A stretch of DNA of 64,000 nucleotides from Podarcis cretensis (taxonomy: Eukaryota), in NCBI GenBank assembly GCA_951804945.1, contig OX638159.1, forward strand, positions 39,866,001 through 39,930,000. Direction: 5' to 3'. The number at the start of each line of letters is the position of its first letter. Position 1 is the stretch's first letter. The notes beneath the pieces are model-generated. The model searched no databases and was not told the origin of the DNA. It saw only the letters and a program-made list of their open reading frames with translations. Positions 1-12,315 of this stretch are shown piece after piece. Both the position numbers and the translations under genes were made by a program.

Positions 1-124
1 ACACCTGACTAATGATGTTGTGGATGGGTGTATATACCAAGATTGCAATCATCACTTCCTTCTTCCTTCCCCTGGGGAATGTGCAAGGAGGTGAACTGCC
101 CTGAGATTTTTGGACGAAGGGTGG

Positions 125-126
<2 letters not shown>

Positions 127-173
<47 letters not shown>

Positions 174-187
174 CAACAACAACAACA
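127..187. repeat. (AAT)n + (AAC)n microsatellite, probably the tail of an old retroelement
   Basis: Direct reading. It is preceded by gaagggtggtata, a typical L2/SINE 3' end. Confidence 0.9.
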
Positions 188-495
188 GACATGGATTACC
201 TAATGAAGGGGAGGGTTTTCAAACATGTATCAAGTAATCACACCACCCTTCGGGATGGCAGGATATAGAATGAATCTAGATTGAAAGCAGCATATTGAGG
301 ATGAGCGTGAATCATTTGGGATTGAGAAAAAAAATGAATTTTTGCACTACAAATGCATTAGGATTTACTCTGCCTACAACTGTTGGGGGGACGGACCTCT
401 TTATGCTGCCCGGATCCTTGGAGGAAAGCTGGGTATGAATGCAGGCAATGTAAAGAGAAGGACAGGTGTAGTTAAAAACGAAATCTTATGGCTAT

Positions 496-945
496 ACACC
501 AATCCTAAAAGACCTACACTGGCTCCCAATACGTTTCCGAGCACAATTCAAAGTGTTGGTGTTGACCTTTAAAGCCCAAAACGGCTTCAGTCCAGTATAC
601 CTGAAGGAGTATCTCCACCCCCATCATTCTGCCTGGACACTGAAGTCCAGTACCAGTGGCCTTCTGGCGGTTCCCTCACTGCAAGAAGTGAAGCTACAAG
701 AAGTGAAGCTACAGGGAACCAGGCAGAGGGCCTTCTTGGTAGTGGCACCTGCCCTGTGGAACACCCTTCCATCAGATGTCAAAAAGATAAACAACTACCT
801 GACATTTAGAAGACATCTGAAGGCAGACCTGTTTAGGGAAGTTTTTAATGTGTGACATTTTAATGTATTTTTAATCTTTGTTGGAAGCCGCCCAGAGTGG
901 CTAGGGAAAACCAGCTAGATGGCCGGGGTACAAATAATAAATTAA
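496..945 (+). mobile_element. L2 LINE 3' fragment (ORF2 C-terminus + 3' UTR)
   Basis: TPILKDLHWLPIRFRAQFKVLVLTFKA...RAFLVVAPALWNTLP...FRRHLKADLF is a typical L2 ORF2 end, followed by a gccgcccagagtgg...aataataaa tail. It contains a 15-bp tandem duplication (caagaagtgaagcta x2). Confidence 0.88.
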
Positions 946-2090
946 TTAATATTAATTTTCACAAAACACTTTTTAAACCTCATGTTATCTGTAAAAGTTG
1001 TTAATGTGGGGGTTGGGGGGTTGGGGATGAAATTCAGTGTGTTTTCTTGCCAGTGGAGACTTTATATTTATGTTGAAGATTGCTTTAAGAAAATCCAATA
1101 GAAGCTGTATGTATTTCTAAAGACTTCTGTTCATTTTTAAAAGCCACTTCTCATGCAGACTGAAATTCCTATCAAGGCTAATGTACACGTGAGCCAAGCA
1201 CCTCAGATAGGAACATAAGAGGTGTTGAGAACTCGCAGTGCTACATCAAAGAAGAGGTTTATGATTGAAACAGAGAAAATGACATGCATGTCTGTGGTGT
1301 ACCATGTATGCCTTATCTCGGCCTCCTTCCCTCTGTAGTTCAGTATGATAATTATGCTTTGCCAAACAACATGTCTGGTTTCTCCATGAAACACAGTACA
1401 TAAATTGACTTATCAAAGCCAATGCTGCTTGAAGAGTCGAAAATAGTATCAGCTGATTTTTCTTTTCAAGAAGAAAGAGAGGAATATAATGAAAAACAAA
1501 CTTCAGATGCTTAATTTAAAAAATTTAACTTAAAAACTTAAAAAATAATGTTGGAACCCAACATTAATATAATAGTGTGTGTCAATTATGGGTGATAGAT
1601 TTTTTATTATTATTTGATTCTGATTTAGATTACAAATTTTATTTAGTCCAGATTAATATTTCAGAATTAAACTTGTTCATTCTCTTCCCTGCACCACCAT
1701 TCCTCCTCTACCATAATCTCTGTGTGCATGAAAGGAGAATCCTCTGTTTTCATGTTAATTTGATAGGCTGTGCCATGTTTTTATTGACTTGGCAAAAAGC
1801 TCTCTGCACTTATCAGTCCAACAGTCACTATTAGCCGCCACTATAGGAAAACTTACTTTCAACTGATAGTAACTTTCATTTTGTCAGCCCAAACTATGGG
1901 CCCCTTATTTCGGTAACATATTCTAGACACAATAGTTGTGTGTTAGTGGTGGATTTGTTCTGCTTTACTTTGTTCTGCAATGCTTCTCCAGTTCTAGGGT
2001 ATTACTGCTGTCTGGAGAGACAAAAAATAATTATGGGATTTCAGCAGGAAGTTTTAGGATATGGAAATGAAGCAGTGTGGCTACTACATA

Positions 2091-2428
2091 CAGTGGTGCC
2101 TCGCAAGACGAAATTAATCCGTTCCGTGAGGCTCTTCGTATAGCGGTTTTTTCGTCTTACGAAGCAAGCCCATTGACAGCTTAGCGGATTAGCGCTATTA
2201 GCGGTTTAGCGGCTTTTAGCGGATCAGCGGATCAGCTGATAAGCGGCTTAGCAGCTTAGGAAAAGGGGAAAAAAGGGGGGGGGGAACCTGCAGGAACTCG
2301 CAAGACATTTCGTCTTGCGAAGCAAGCCCATAGGGAAATTCGTTTTGCGAAGCGCCTCCAAAATGGAAAACCCTTTCGTCTAGCGGGTTTTCCGTCTTGC
2401 GAGGCGTTCGTCTTGCGGGGCACCACTG
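2091..2428. mobile_element. Tc1/mariner (Tigger/pogo-like) MITE, family A
   Basis: TIRs CAGTGGTGCCTCGCAAGACG / CGTCTTGCGGGGCACCACTG with TA on both flanks. Related copies at 7605-7854 and 56309-56665. Confidence 0.9.
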
Positions 2429-2586
2429 TATGTTTTGCAGGATCAAACAGGTTTGAAACTGGGATTGCATGTGACTTCCCCGATAGCATAATGAACACAA
2501 ATCATGAATGTGCAATAAGAAAGATGTCTGGAGGGGATCTAAATGCTTAGCGAATTAAGCCATCTGTGCATCGTGTTGATTTGGAT

Positions 2587-2978
2587 TAGAATTGTAGAGT
2601 TAGAAAGGACCACGAGGATCATCTAGTCCATGGGTAGGTAAACTAAGGCCCGGGGGCCAGATCTGGCCCAATCACCTTCTAAATTCAACCCACGGACGGG
2701 CCAGGAATGAGCATGTTTTTACATGAGTAGAATGTGTCCTCTTATTTAAAATGCATCTCTGGGTTATTTGTGGGGCATAGGAATCCGTTCATTTCTCCTC
2801 CCAAATATAGTCTGGTCCCCCACAAGGTCTGAGGGACAGTGGACCAGCCCCCTGCAGAAAAAGTTTGCTGATCCCTTCTAGTCCAACCCCCAGCAATGCA
2901 GGAATCTTTTGCCCAATATGTGACTGGAACCCGTTACCTGAGATTAATAGTCCAATTGCCCACTGACTGAGCTATCCC
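2587..2978 (-). mobile_element. tRNA(Lys-like)-derived SINE with CR1-type tail, interrupted by a hAT MITE
   Basis: Minus strand head GGGATAGCTCAGTCAGTGG... and tail GATTCCTGCATTGC...GGACTAGATGATCCTCGTGGTCCTTTCTAACTCTACAATTCTA. Confidence 0.75.
2629..2876. mobile_element. hAT-Charlie (MER58-like) MITE
   Basis: Ends catgggtaggtaaactaaggcccgggggcc / aagtttgctgatccct, with duplicated target (a)tctagtc at 2621-2628 and 2877-2883. Confidence 0.8.
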
Positions 2979-3075
2979 AGGATTAACAGTGATCCATCTG
3001 GGAACTGGCACCTTCTTCATTCGGATTGTAGCTGCATTATAGGGCTGATCTGAAATGACCCTCCTCACTTAATTA

Positions 3076-3279
3076 CAGTGGTACCTCGGATTAAGTACTT
3101 AATTTGTTCTGGAGGTCCATTCTTGTGGTACCACTTTAGCTAATGGGGCCTCCCGCTGCCGCTGCGCTGCCGGAGCACGATTTCTGTTCTCATCCTGAAG
3201 CAAAGTTCTTAACCCAAGGTACTATTTCTGGGTTAGCGGAGTCTGTAACCTGAAGCGTCTGTAACCCGAGGTACCACTG
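3076..3279. mobile_element. Tigger-like MITE, family B
   Basis: TIR CAGTGGTACCTCGG / CCGAGGTACCACTG with left TA. Same body as the copies at 6033, 7369, 21995 and 36097. Confidence 0.88.
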
Positions 3280-4409
3280 TGCTATGTTCACAGACTATTG
3301 GCAACTCTTTTTAAAGGCAATATTTGGAGGTGGTGGCTATGAATAAGGTGAAATGTTCAACCCACTCACTATAGCAGTGATCATCTCCTTTGTGTTGCGG
3401 AGTGCCGTTAATTTTTTTTTATTTTTATTTTTGGAAAGGTGGAGTGAGGCAGCATAGGCACCACTCTTGGCTTCATGGTGAGATTCTGCTGTTTGGTAAT
3501 ATCTGAGGGAGCTAAAACAGAGTAAGGACAAAGTTTTTAAAGGTTTGAAGATGACGCCCAGCAGTTCTGGGGAGAGCAATCACTGCTGTCACCAAAATCA
3601 CAAACAATTGGTAAAAGGCAATGAAAAAGCGGTGCTGTGGTACATGTTGCAAAGACCTTTTGCCCCTCATAATAGCACCTGCCCTCAAACTGAAAAAGTT
3701 TACTAGTGAACTTTCATCTCAGCCATCTGCCACTCTGCTCATAATTATGCTATAATTATAGCATTGCTATGAGTGACAGATGTATTAAATCGGTGACATT
3801 GTGAGCAAAAGCTCTCCCAGGGTGCACCTTTATTCTTTTGGTTCATCAGTTCACAGAGAAGAACCATCTTCATCTATTTTCCCCCTTTCAGTGTTTTAAG
3901 ATTAGAGAGCACCTATTCAGCACCACCATGCTGAGCAGGAAGAAAACGAACTTTTCAGAAGTGAAAACTGCAAACTTAAACTAGTGGGTAGGGCAGGATG
4001 AAGCTTTTAAGTAGTTTCTCATATATGTAATATTTTAGCTATTTGGTTGATTGCGATTTCTGTCTGAACTGAGGTTTTTCCAGATTCTTTAAGGACATAC
4101 TGGTGCTCATTCTTTTATATACTATGTACTTTCATCTGATGACTAATTCTTTGAAAAAGCAACCCTATTAGGTGGTTTGTGAATGCATCTTTGATGGCTG
4201 TGAACATATCTAGCTACTGGTCTGGTACCATTTCAGCAAGGCACATGTCCCTGTTTTCATTAGGGAAAACAGAACTGACCTGTTTTAACAGTATATTTAT
4301 GTTGACTTCATTTGTGTCAGCTTGGACAGGGGCTGAAAATAAAGAATGCAGATCTGTTTTCTGTACAGATCTCAAGAGAACTCTGTGGTTTAGATGAGGG
4401 TCACAATCA

Positions 4410-4562
4410 TAGGAACACAGGAAGTTGCTTTCTACTGAGTCAGACCAGTGAGCCATCTTGATCTGTATTGTGGATGCAGATCCACCCTGGACATACCAAG
4501 GATTGAACTCTGGGCTGTTTGCTTGTAAAGCATGTACTCCACAATTGAGCTGTAGCTCTTCT
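4410..4562 (-). mobile_element. Degenerate tRNA-derived SINE (same family as 15041-15235)
   Basis: Reverse complement carries an agctacagctcaattgtggagtacatgctttacaagc head and a gcaacttcctgtgttcctatg tail. Confidence 0.6.
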
Positions 4563-4771
4563 CAGTTCATTGGGAAGTTCTTCTGCAAAAGGTCCCGTTG
4601 AATCATACAAATGGGGCCTGCAGCAAAATGTATGGAGAGCTTCCGCTCAGGATTCTTTCCATTTCATTCCATCTTCTCTCTACCCTGGTTTTCTGGCTCC
4701 CACCCAAAAGTCAGCAAGCATTGCCACTCACTGAGCAGACCCTGACCTTATTGAGCTATTGACCAACCCTA

Positions 4772-5130
4772 AAAAAGGTAAAGGTAAAGGACCCCTGACT
4801 GTTAAGTCCAGTTGCGAACGACTCTGGGGTTGCAGTGCTCATCTTGCTTTACTGGCCGAGGGAGCCGATGTTTGTCCACAGACAGTTTTTCCGGGTCATG
4901 TGGCCAGCATGACTAAGCTGCTTCTGGCGAAACTAGAGCAGTGCACGGAAACGCCATTTACCTTCCCACTGGAGCAGTACCTATTTATCTGCGTGCTTTC
5001 GAACTGCTAGGTTGGCAGGAACTGGGACTGAACAATGGGCACTCACCCCGTCGCGGGGATTTGAACCACCGACCTTCCGATCGGCAAGCCCAAGGCTCAG
5101 TGGTTTAGACCACAGCGCCAGCCGCATCCC
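4772..5130 (-). mobile_element. Full-length Sauria SINE
   Basis: Minus strand GGGATGCGGCTGGCGCTGTGGTCTAAACC... tRNA-like head, BovB-related 3' end and (ACCTTT)n tail. TSD AACCCTA at 4765-4771 and 5131-5137. Confidence 0.92.
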
Positions 5131-5645
5131 AACCCTATTCTACCCTAAAGATCTGTTGTTCTTCTGTAAGTCTTGGGATACCCCTAAGCCTGATGGCACT
5201 GCTGTCTTGTAGATGGGTGGTAACGCTTTGACCCCATAAGCAAAAGCACTTACCACATGAGCATGAAAAATAGAGGGACCCATGTCCAGCTTTCCCACTA
5301 GGTTACATTTTAGATTGTTTATAACCTCTTAGAGGTTTTAATTACAGTTAGGTAGTATATGAATTTTGTTAAATAAATGATTGTATTGATTGATGGTAAT
5401 TCCTAGCTGCCTGGCAAATTCCAGTGTACATTTTCTAACATCTGCATTGGATCGCTCATCAATGTTTTTGCTTCATTGTATATTACTGATTGATAGGCCG
5501 TTTTCTCTTGATTTTAGAATTCCTTGCATGTTATTAAGTCAGTTTTTGATTAGTGGTTTTGGCAAGATCCATTCTATTTTGTGAAAAACGAAATGATATA
5601 TTTCCATGAAAACCTGCATTTGTGAATAGAAAGAGAAGATGTACT

Positions 5646-5894
5646 TGTATTAAAGATGTATTAAAGCAAGTGTATTAAGATGTATTAAAGCAAGTGACTA
5701 TATTAAACCTAGCTAGGCATAGGGAATAAATTTGATTCGGTTTACATTTAAAGACAGACTTCGAAAATTTGCACTTTCTGAAGCAACATGCAAATTGAAA
5801 CACAGCAATTACAAAACTCACACTTTTCTGAATTTTGCAAATAATGTGTACACAACTGCATGTAGCCAAATAATGTGTACACAACTACATGTAG
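5646..5894. repeat. Two short tandem duplications (about 25 bp at 5646-5694; about 29 bp at 5838-5894)
   Basis: tgtatta(a)agatgtattaaagcaag x2 and caaataatgtgtacacaact(g/a)catgtag x2. Confidence 0.8.
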
Positions 5895-6032
5895 TTCATA
5901 TATTAGTGAACATTAAAATGCATTATATTTGGGGGGGGACTTGCAAAAATGTGTATACTAGTCAACACTCTATACAAAATTTTGTTTATTATGAGACATT
6001 TGCATACTTATGAGCAGACGTGAATAGGAGTA

Positions 6033-6190
6033 CAATGGTACCTCGGGTTAAGTACTTAATTCGTTACGGAGGTCTCTTCTTAACCTGAAGCACCACTTTA
6101 GCTAATGGGGCCTCCCGCTGCCGCCGCGCCACCGGAGCACAATTTCTGTTCTCATCCTGAAGCAAAGTTCTTAACCCGAGGTAATATTTC
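6033..6190. mobile_element. Tigger-like MITE family B, right end missing
   Basis: TA + caatggtacctcgggttaag... matches family B until about 6190, then abuts an LTR-like segment. Confidence 0.8.
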
Positions 6191-6195
6191 TGCAT

Positions 6196-6547
6196 TAGTC
6201 AAGGAGCAAGCCAGCAGTCATTCACACCAAGCAACCTGAAGTTAACTCTTCATTAGCAAAACAGGATCATCTGTATAGGAGTGTCAGGCCAAATGAGCAC
6301 AGCAACTCAGCTTGAAGCAGTTGCCAAGACTGGAGGTTCCTGCCTCTGATTCCCAACTTCTCTCTGCCACAGGCTTTCCCTGCTCCCTAAGCCCTGTTAC
6401 CTCTTCAGCTTCCACCTCCACCTCCTCCTCTCCCACTTTTCCCTCTGGACACTCCCTGTTGCCCCACCACCAAGCTCCGGATTCTGAGCCATCTTCCCTT
6501 GGGAGTTCCCCAGCTGGGTCTTCTAACCATTCATCTAGTCCATGGCA
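6196..6547 (-). mobile_element. Probable solo LTR (Gypsy-like)
   Basis: Minus strand begins TGCCATGG and ends CCTTGAC(T)A. Possible imperfect 5-bp TSD tgcat/tacat, but the left boundary is ambiguous with the adjacent MITE. Confidence 0.55.
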
Positions 6548-7368
6548 TACATACTATATATATTTAATAGGGTGACAGGGAGAAGAGAAAAACCAAACTT
6601 ATGGCCAAATGTAGTGGAATCCCATACTTACATTTTTCTTGTTCCCGCTGTTCGAGTGGCAGGTATGGCTGTCCCTGCAAAAAATTCCCATGTCATTTCC
6701 TTTTTTTTTTTCTTTCCCAGAAAAGAGTTTAGTCAGTGGCAACTCATTTAAGATATACATATGCCAGTTACGTAGTTCTGTATTGTAAATTTAAAATGAA
6801 GCACTCTGCAGATGTTCCTGGTTAGTTTAGCTTTCTGCACAGTGATAAGAAAGTTAAAGAAGCATTAAAAAACAGCACCACCATAGGCTCAGGTCAGGGA
6901 ACAAGCTCTTTGGTTTGAAAGGGACTTTTTCTATGCTGTAACATTTTCCCAGCAAGGGAGTATATAAATAAACTGACACTGGATAGCTGGTTTATCCCTT
7001 TCAGTCATGTACAATAATGCATTTTTGACTGGTGAATACTGTGTGTGTTTATGTATGTGCAGGAATATACACACATAGGCATGGGGGAAGAAACGAGGTC
7101 AAGGGTAGCCAATTTGTTGCTCTCCACATGTTGTCTCATTAGTCCCAGCAAACATGGTCAATAATAAGGGATGATGGGACTTGGAGTCCAGCAACACCTG
7201 CAGGGCACCACTAGGTGTCTGCATTCCTTTATGCCTTCTGGTATGTTCTGAAGGTACATGCCACTTTGGTGAAGCTAAACTAGTCTGGATCTGGTCAGTG
7301 TAATCTGACTGGACTGGAATTACATGGATGTGCATTGTATGTTGCATGAAGGAAGAACAGCGAAACTA

Positions 7369-7862
7369 CAGTGGTACCTCGGGTTAAGAACTTAATTCGT
7401 TCCGGAGGTCCGTTCTTAACCTGAAACTGTTCTTAACCTGAGGTACCACTTTAGTTAATGGGGCCTCCTGCTGCCGCCGTGCCACCGCCGCGCAATTTCT
7501 GTTCTCATCCTGCAGCAAAGTTCTTAACCCGAGGTACTATTTCTGGGTTAGTGTTGTCTGTAACCTGAAGCGTCTGTAACCTGAAGTGTCTGTAACCCGA
7601 GGTACAGTGGTGCCTTGCAAGACGAAATTAATCCGTTCCGCGAGTCTCTTTGTCTTGTGGTTTTTTTAGAGGCTATTAACGGCTTAGCGGCTTTAAGAAA
7701 AAGGAAACAAACTTGCAAGAACTCGCAAGACGTTTCGTCTTGCGAAGCAAGCCCATAGGGAAATTCGTCTTGCGAAGCACCTCAAAAAACGGAAAACTCT
7801 TTCGTCTAGCGAGTTTTTCGTCTTGCGAGGCATTCGTCTTGCGGGGCACCACTGTACCACTC
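7369..7862. mobile_element. Tigger-like MITE family B carrying a family A MITE in its right TIR
   Basis: TA+CAGTGGTACCTCGGG ... CCCGAGGTA[7605-7854]TACCACT. Confidence 0.88.
7605..7854. mobile_element. Tigger-like MITE family A (short variant)
   Basis: TIRs CAGTGGTGCCTTGCAAGACG / CGTCTTGCGGGGCACCACTG, with TA duplicated at 7603-7604 and 7855-7856. Confidence 0.9.
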
Positions 7863-9635
7863 AATGTACTGGACTCTTGCATATTGTGAACACCTGAAGA
7901 CCTCTAAGCCAACTCAATTTATTGAAACACTACCACTTTTATATCAACTGCACCCTGATGCTAAGTAGGAGGGGGGCAAAAAAAAATATCTCAAGATGGG
8001 AAGATAACAAAGATTCATGGCACACTCCGTCTTCCCCAACCTGGTGCCTTCCAGATGTTTTCTACTATAACTCCATAAGCCCCAGTGAGTACATTAACCC
8101 TTCCAGGATTTGGACTGTGTACAAGAAGTCTTGTGATTCCATGCCAGGCATTCATCCCATTTTTTGGAACTCAATCCCATCCTTACCCTGGGAAATATGA
8201 ACCTTGAGTACCACATTCTTCAGATTGCATGTGTGTAAGTGAATACCAGTGGTGTGTGGTGAATTTTTTCATAGGGGAATAGTTAGGGCCCTAGGTGCCA
8301 GCTTGCAAGGGCGATTGGGGCGGGGGCACGTTGGTGTGTGAGCTTCACATCTCCCACCCTAAGCCGAGCAGAAGCTTACCTTCCTGAGCTTTGGAAAGGA
8401 GGAACTAAGGGAACATTTAGGCGGCTAGCCTAGTCCTCCTAGTCCACTGACCGCACACTACTGATGAATACGTATGTATGCCATTTGGAATGTATGTCTA
8501 GATTAACCTTCATCGACCTGGTGACTAGACTATAGCTCCCTTTATCGCTGTTGGCAACGCTGGCTAGGGCTGATAGGCATTGGAGTCCATCAGTCCTCAG
8601 AGGGCAGCCTGCTGGCACCTTTGAACAGAGAATATTTCAAAGACACAAGAGAATGCTGCAGCATGACAGCAAGAGTGATGGCTGTTACACTAGTCTCCTA
8701 AGAAACAACTGTCTGGAAAGTTGAGGCAAGATAGATAGTGATTCTGGCTATAAAGATGATTTCCTTTTCAAATTGCTTATCACGGAGGTCCCTCAGTAAA
8801 GCAAACCATGACTTTCACATTATTCTTTATTCATTTGGTGCCAAATTGTCTGGAGCTTCTACTTTTTATTTTCTCCCTCAAAAACCTGCAGTATATTAAG
8901 ATAATGAGAACTTTTACTACAGGATTGTCAGACTCGTTTCAAAGGTCACAAATATTCTAGCATGCTGCCAAAATCCAGGGCCACTGAGCAGAGGAGAAAC
9001 AATGGGCAATCATTTTTATCACTTCAGTCTTGGGGCGTGCAACTCTCCTGCCAGACTATAACATATTTCTGGTGATTCAGACAGTAGTAAGTAGCACCAA
9101 TATACATTATGAATGGTAAAAGGAAGCAGAAATTTAAAAGTCTTGCTCTTCCTCCCTCCCGTTCCAGAACAGCAATGGATTGCCAAGCTGTCTGGAAAAA
9201 CATCTTTCTTTCTTTCTATAAGCGTACCGAGAATTTAGCCCACAAACTTCTCTATTTTATTTTTTCATCTTGTACCCAACTATTCTGGCCATAATTACAG
9301 ACCACATTTTAGGCTTCTAGTGTGATCCTAAAACTGATGCAGTAAATGTACATTATACCCGAAGTCCCAATAAACAATATTTATTTGTCAGATGTAATAG
9401 AAGAATCCCTTTAACTGTGCTTCTGTTAGACTGCTTTTTGGAATAGCTCATTCCACACTTAGTAAGGAATCGGGCAGGATGCCAGGTCCCTTGAGCTGTG
9501 CTTCCAGATCTGGAACGTTAAAGATTTTGGTGCCGAGTGCCACCATCTGAAATTCTGTACGTGTATTTGTTAGTCTGAACAAGGTAATCTTCATAGGGTG
9601 CAGTTTTCCAGTGGATATAAGGAACTACTTTACCC

Positions 9636-9877
9636 TAGGGTTGCCATATTTCAAAAAATGAAAATCCAGACACAAAAGTTGTAGGGTTTTTAGTTTTGCC
9701 CAAAGTTGTTGAGTTTCTGAGCTATTTTTTAAATGAAATTCACCAAAATCTACACTTTGACATGGGCTGCCATACATTTGGATTTTCCAGGACATTTGAC
9801 CGATTTTCACCCGGATGCTGTTTACAAGGGCCAAATACTGGCTATGTGTAGGAAATTCCGGATGTATGGCAACACTA
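9636..9877. mobile_element. hAT MITE
   Basis: TIR TAGGGTTGCCATA / TATGGCAACACTA, with 8-bp TSD ctttaccc / ccttaccc. Confidence 0.85.
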
Positions 9878-10613
9878 CCTTACCCTGCCATGCATCTGTC
9901 CACACAGGCACCATCTCTCCAGGATCTTAAGCAAACATGTTTCTCAGTCCTTTTACCAGCTAGACTTTAATCAGAAATGCCACAGATCGCACACAGTGTG
10001 TTTTGTATGTAAACCCGTGTATATGTGAGCCCCTTTATTTGATCCAAGTGAACAACAGGGGATGGCTACGCTTTTATGACCCAGTTGCAAACTTCCCAAG
10101 GTATCCAGATGGAAACAGAACAGTGGCTTAAACTAGGAAGGTTTGTGTTCTTATAACAGACTACTCACCAAAATCTAGTTACAGCTTCACTTCCTGTTAG
10201 TTTGGGCAGGTGGGCTGCAAGCATCAAGCTTCTGTTTCCTCCCTAAATTGGCTTGTGATATTGTGAAGTTGTCAGCTCTGATGGGCTATATAGTGAAGTC
10301 AGCTTTACGTGTTCCTTAAATGGCTGGGATCAGTCAAGGGGAAAGAAGGCATCTGGAGCAGAGAGGGGACACTACCATTGTGACAAATGGGAGGAGGGGA
10401 GAAACTTGAGAAAGGAAAATCAAATATATGGGAAACATTTTGGGCTCTACAAACCTCCCCTCACTTTTTATCTTGAAAAATTCCATTGGTGAATATATGG
10501 CCCAACTCTCATAGGTGAACTGGCATCTTCATTTTACCAAACTCATCTGCTGATACATGCTACTTCTTCTTAGCATCCCACGTGAAGATGAGTTTGGCTC
10601 AGTGGTAACACAT

Positions 10614-11347
10614 AGCTGGATAGCTCAGTCGGTTAGAACATGGTCTGACAGCATCGAGGTTGCAGGTTTGATCCCCATAAGGGACAGCTGCATATCCCTG
10701 TGTTATGAGAATTATAAGGTCTAAGATATAAAATAAATGTACCAGGCAAACAGTCCTGAAACCATTTTGACTCTCCCAAATTGATCTCAAATGTTTCTCC
10801 GCAAGGAGGAAGAAAATGGGAAACACCCCACCCCCTTGTGTCTGAATAGGGTGAGCCTGTGACCTGGACTCAGGAATTAAGTATTTATCATCACAAAAGA
10901 ATGGCCAGGCTCTTCAGGTAAACCCATCAACAGGTTTCCTGCCAGACAGGAAACCTGCTGTAGGCCACCCCTTCTGTGATGTATGTATGATGTATTGGGG
11001 ATGGTCTTGGACTCCAGGGTGGGCAATTCCAACAGTCCATATAAGGGCTTGCACACCATTGTTCTGGATTTCTCCCCCCTCCGGCATGTGGTGAGTGAGG
11101 ACCCTGTTGCAACAGTTCAATAAAGATCAGACTTACTAGCTGCTTTGCTTCTCAATATTCTCTGGCAGACATCTGTTATTTTCTCCTACCGATAGATAAC
11201 CTACATATGGGCTCTTGGGTACCCTATAAGGAAAAAGGAGCAATTTTTTTCTTATAACACCTGCATTGCAGGTGGTTGGACTAGATGATCCTTGGGGGGG
11301 GGGGCGTCCCTTCCAACTCTCTGATTCTATGAGATGTTCATTCTATG
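10614..11347 (+). mobile_element. tRNA(Ile-like)-derived SINE with CR1-type tail, split by a solo LTR
   Basis: Head agctggatagctcagtcggttagaac...ggtttgatcccc (A/B-box-like). It resumes at 11260 with cctgcattgcagg...ggactagatg...ttccaactct...attctatg. Confidence 0.8.
10701..11259 (+). mobile_element. Solo LTR (559 bp; ERV1- or Gypsy-type)
   Basis: TG...CA ends with inverted termini TGTTATGAGAA / TTCTTATAACA, perfect 4-bp TSD CCTG, TATAA at about 11040 and AATAAA at 11119-11124. Confidence 0.9.
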
Positions 11348-12167
11348 CTTATTAACTCTCAGCATTGCTTCCTTACATAAGAAGTTGGTCCAAGTCACAA
11401 TTGAGAATTAAGTGTCTTCATTTCAAGTCAATGTACTATGCCCACAATAAACATTAAGGTACTACACTTCAGCTACATTTATCAAATTTGCCAGAATAAT
11501 GCGACGACAGTGACATTCATCTTGTGGATAGACATATCTGTGAACTTTCCTTTCTTTAAAGTTTCAAGGTATGGTCCAGAACAAGGTTGCAACCATTTCC
11601 AAATATTATTTATTTATTTCAAGCATTTACATATTATTATTTTCAATACTAGTTCAAAGCAGTATTAGTACCAGGAGAGAGAAAAACAAGGCAAAATAAT
11701 AAAAACAAAAAGTATGAGTCAGTCAGTCAACATAATAAACCATCTAAAGAGAGACCCCCAAGCCATATGGGGGGAAAAAGGAGTGATTTACAATCCTTCT
11801 GCAATAAAGATGTTCAGCATCAAAGGGAAAGAATTTCAGTCTTGGTGCAGGCATACATATAGCACAGGGGCAGCTTTAACTAACAAAAACGGCAGGTGGT
11901 GTGGTGGGGTGATAAAATTAAAGACTCTTTTTAAAATTTATATTTCCAGTCTCAAAAAATATGCATAACAAATAACCCTCATATACTCTGCACCCCCAAG
12001 AAATATTCCATGCATATACAATGTAAATGCTGCAGACATTAGTACAATAGTTTAGTTTATTATAGCAGTTAAGAATCTTCTACTCTCTGTCTTAACAGAT
12101 TGTCCCAAGAGAACCATGGGTAGTTGGTGGTGAGGGGACAACACTGTCCTTTCGGGTGTACTGAATA

Positions 12168-12315
12168 AACCTCCTTCCCTGGAGGTTTTTAAGCAGGGGT
12201 TGGATGGCCATCTCTCATGGATAAGCATGGATAAGGCTGAGATTCCTGCATTGCAGGGGTTGGACTAGATGACCCTTGGGGTCCCTTCAAACTGTACAAT
12301 TCTATTATCCTATGT
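12168..12315 (+). mobile_element. CR1 LINE 3' end fragment
   Basis: ccttccctggaggtttttaagcaggggttggatggccatct...gattcctgcattgcaggggttggactagatgacc...aattcta. Confidence 0.8.

Noticed and set aside
10614-10690. tRNA-like sequences here and at 2900-2978, 29340-29413 and 58697-58770
   Set aside because: They are diverged and run directly into shared SINE bodies and tails, so they are SINE heads rather than tRNA genes.
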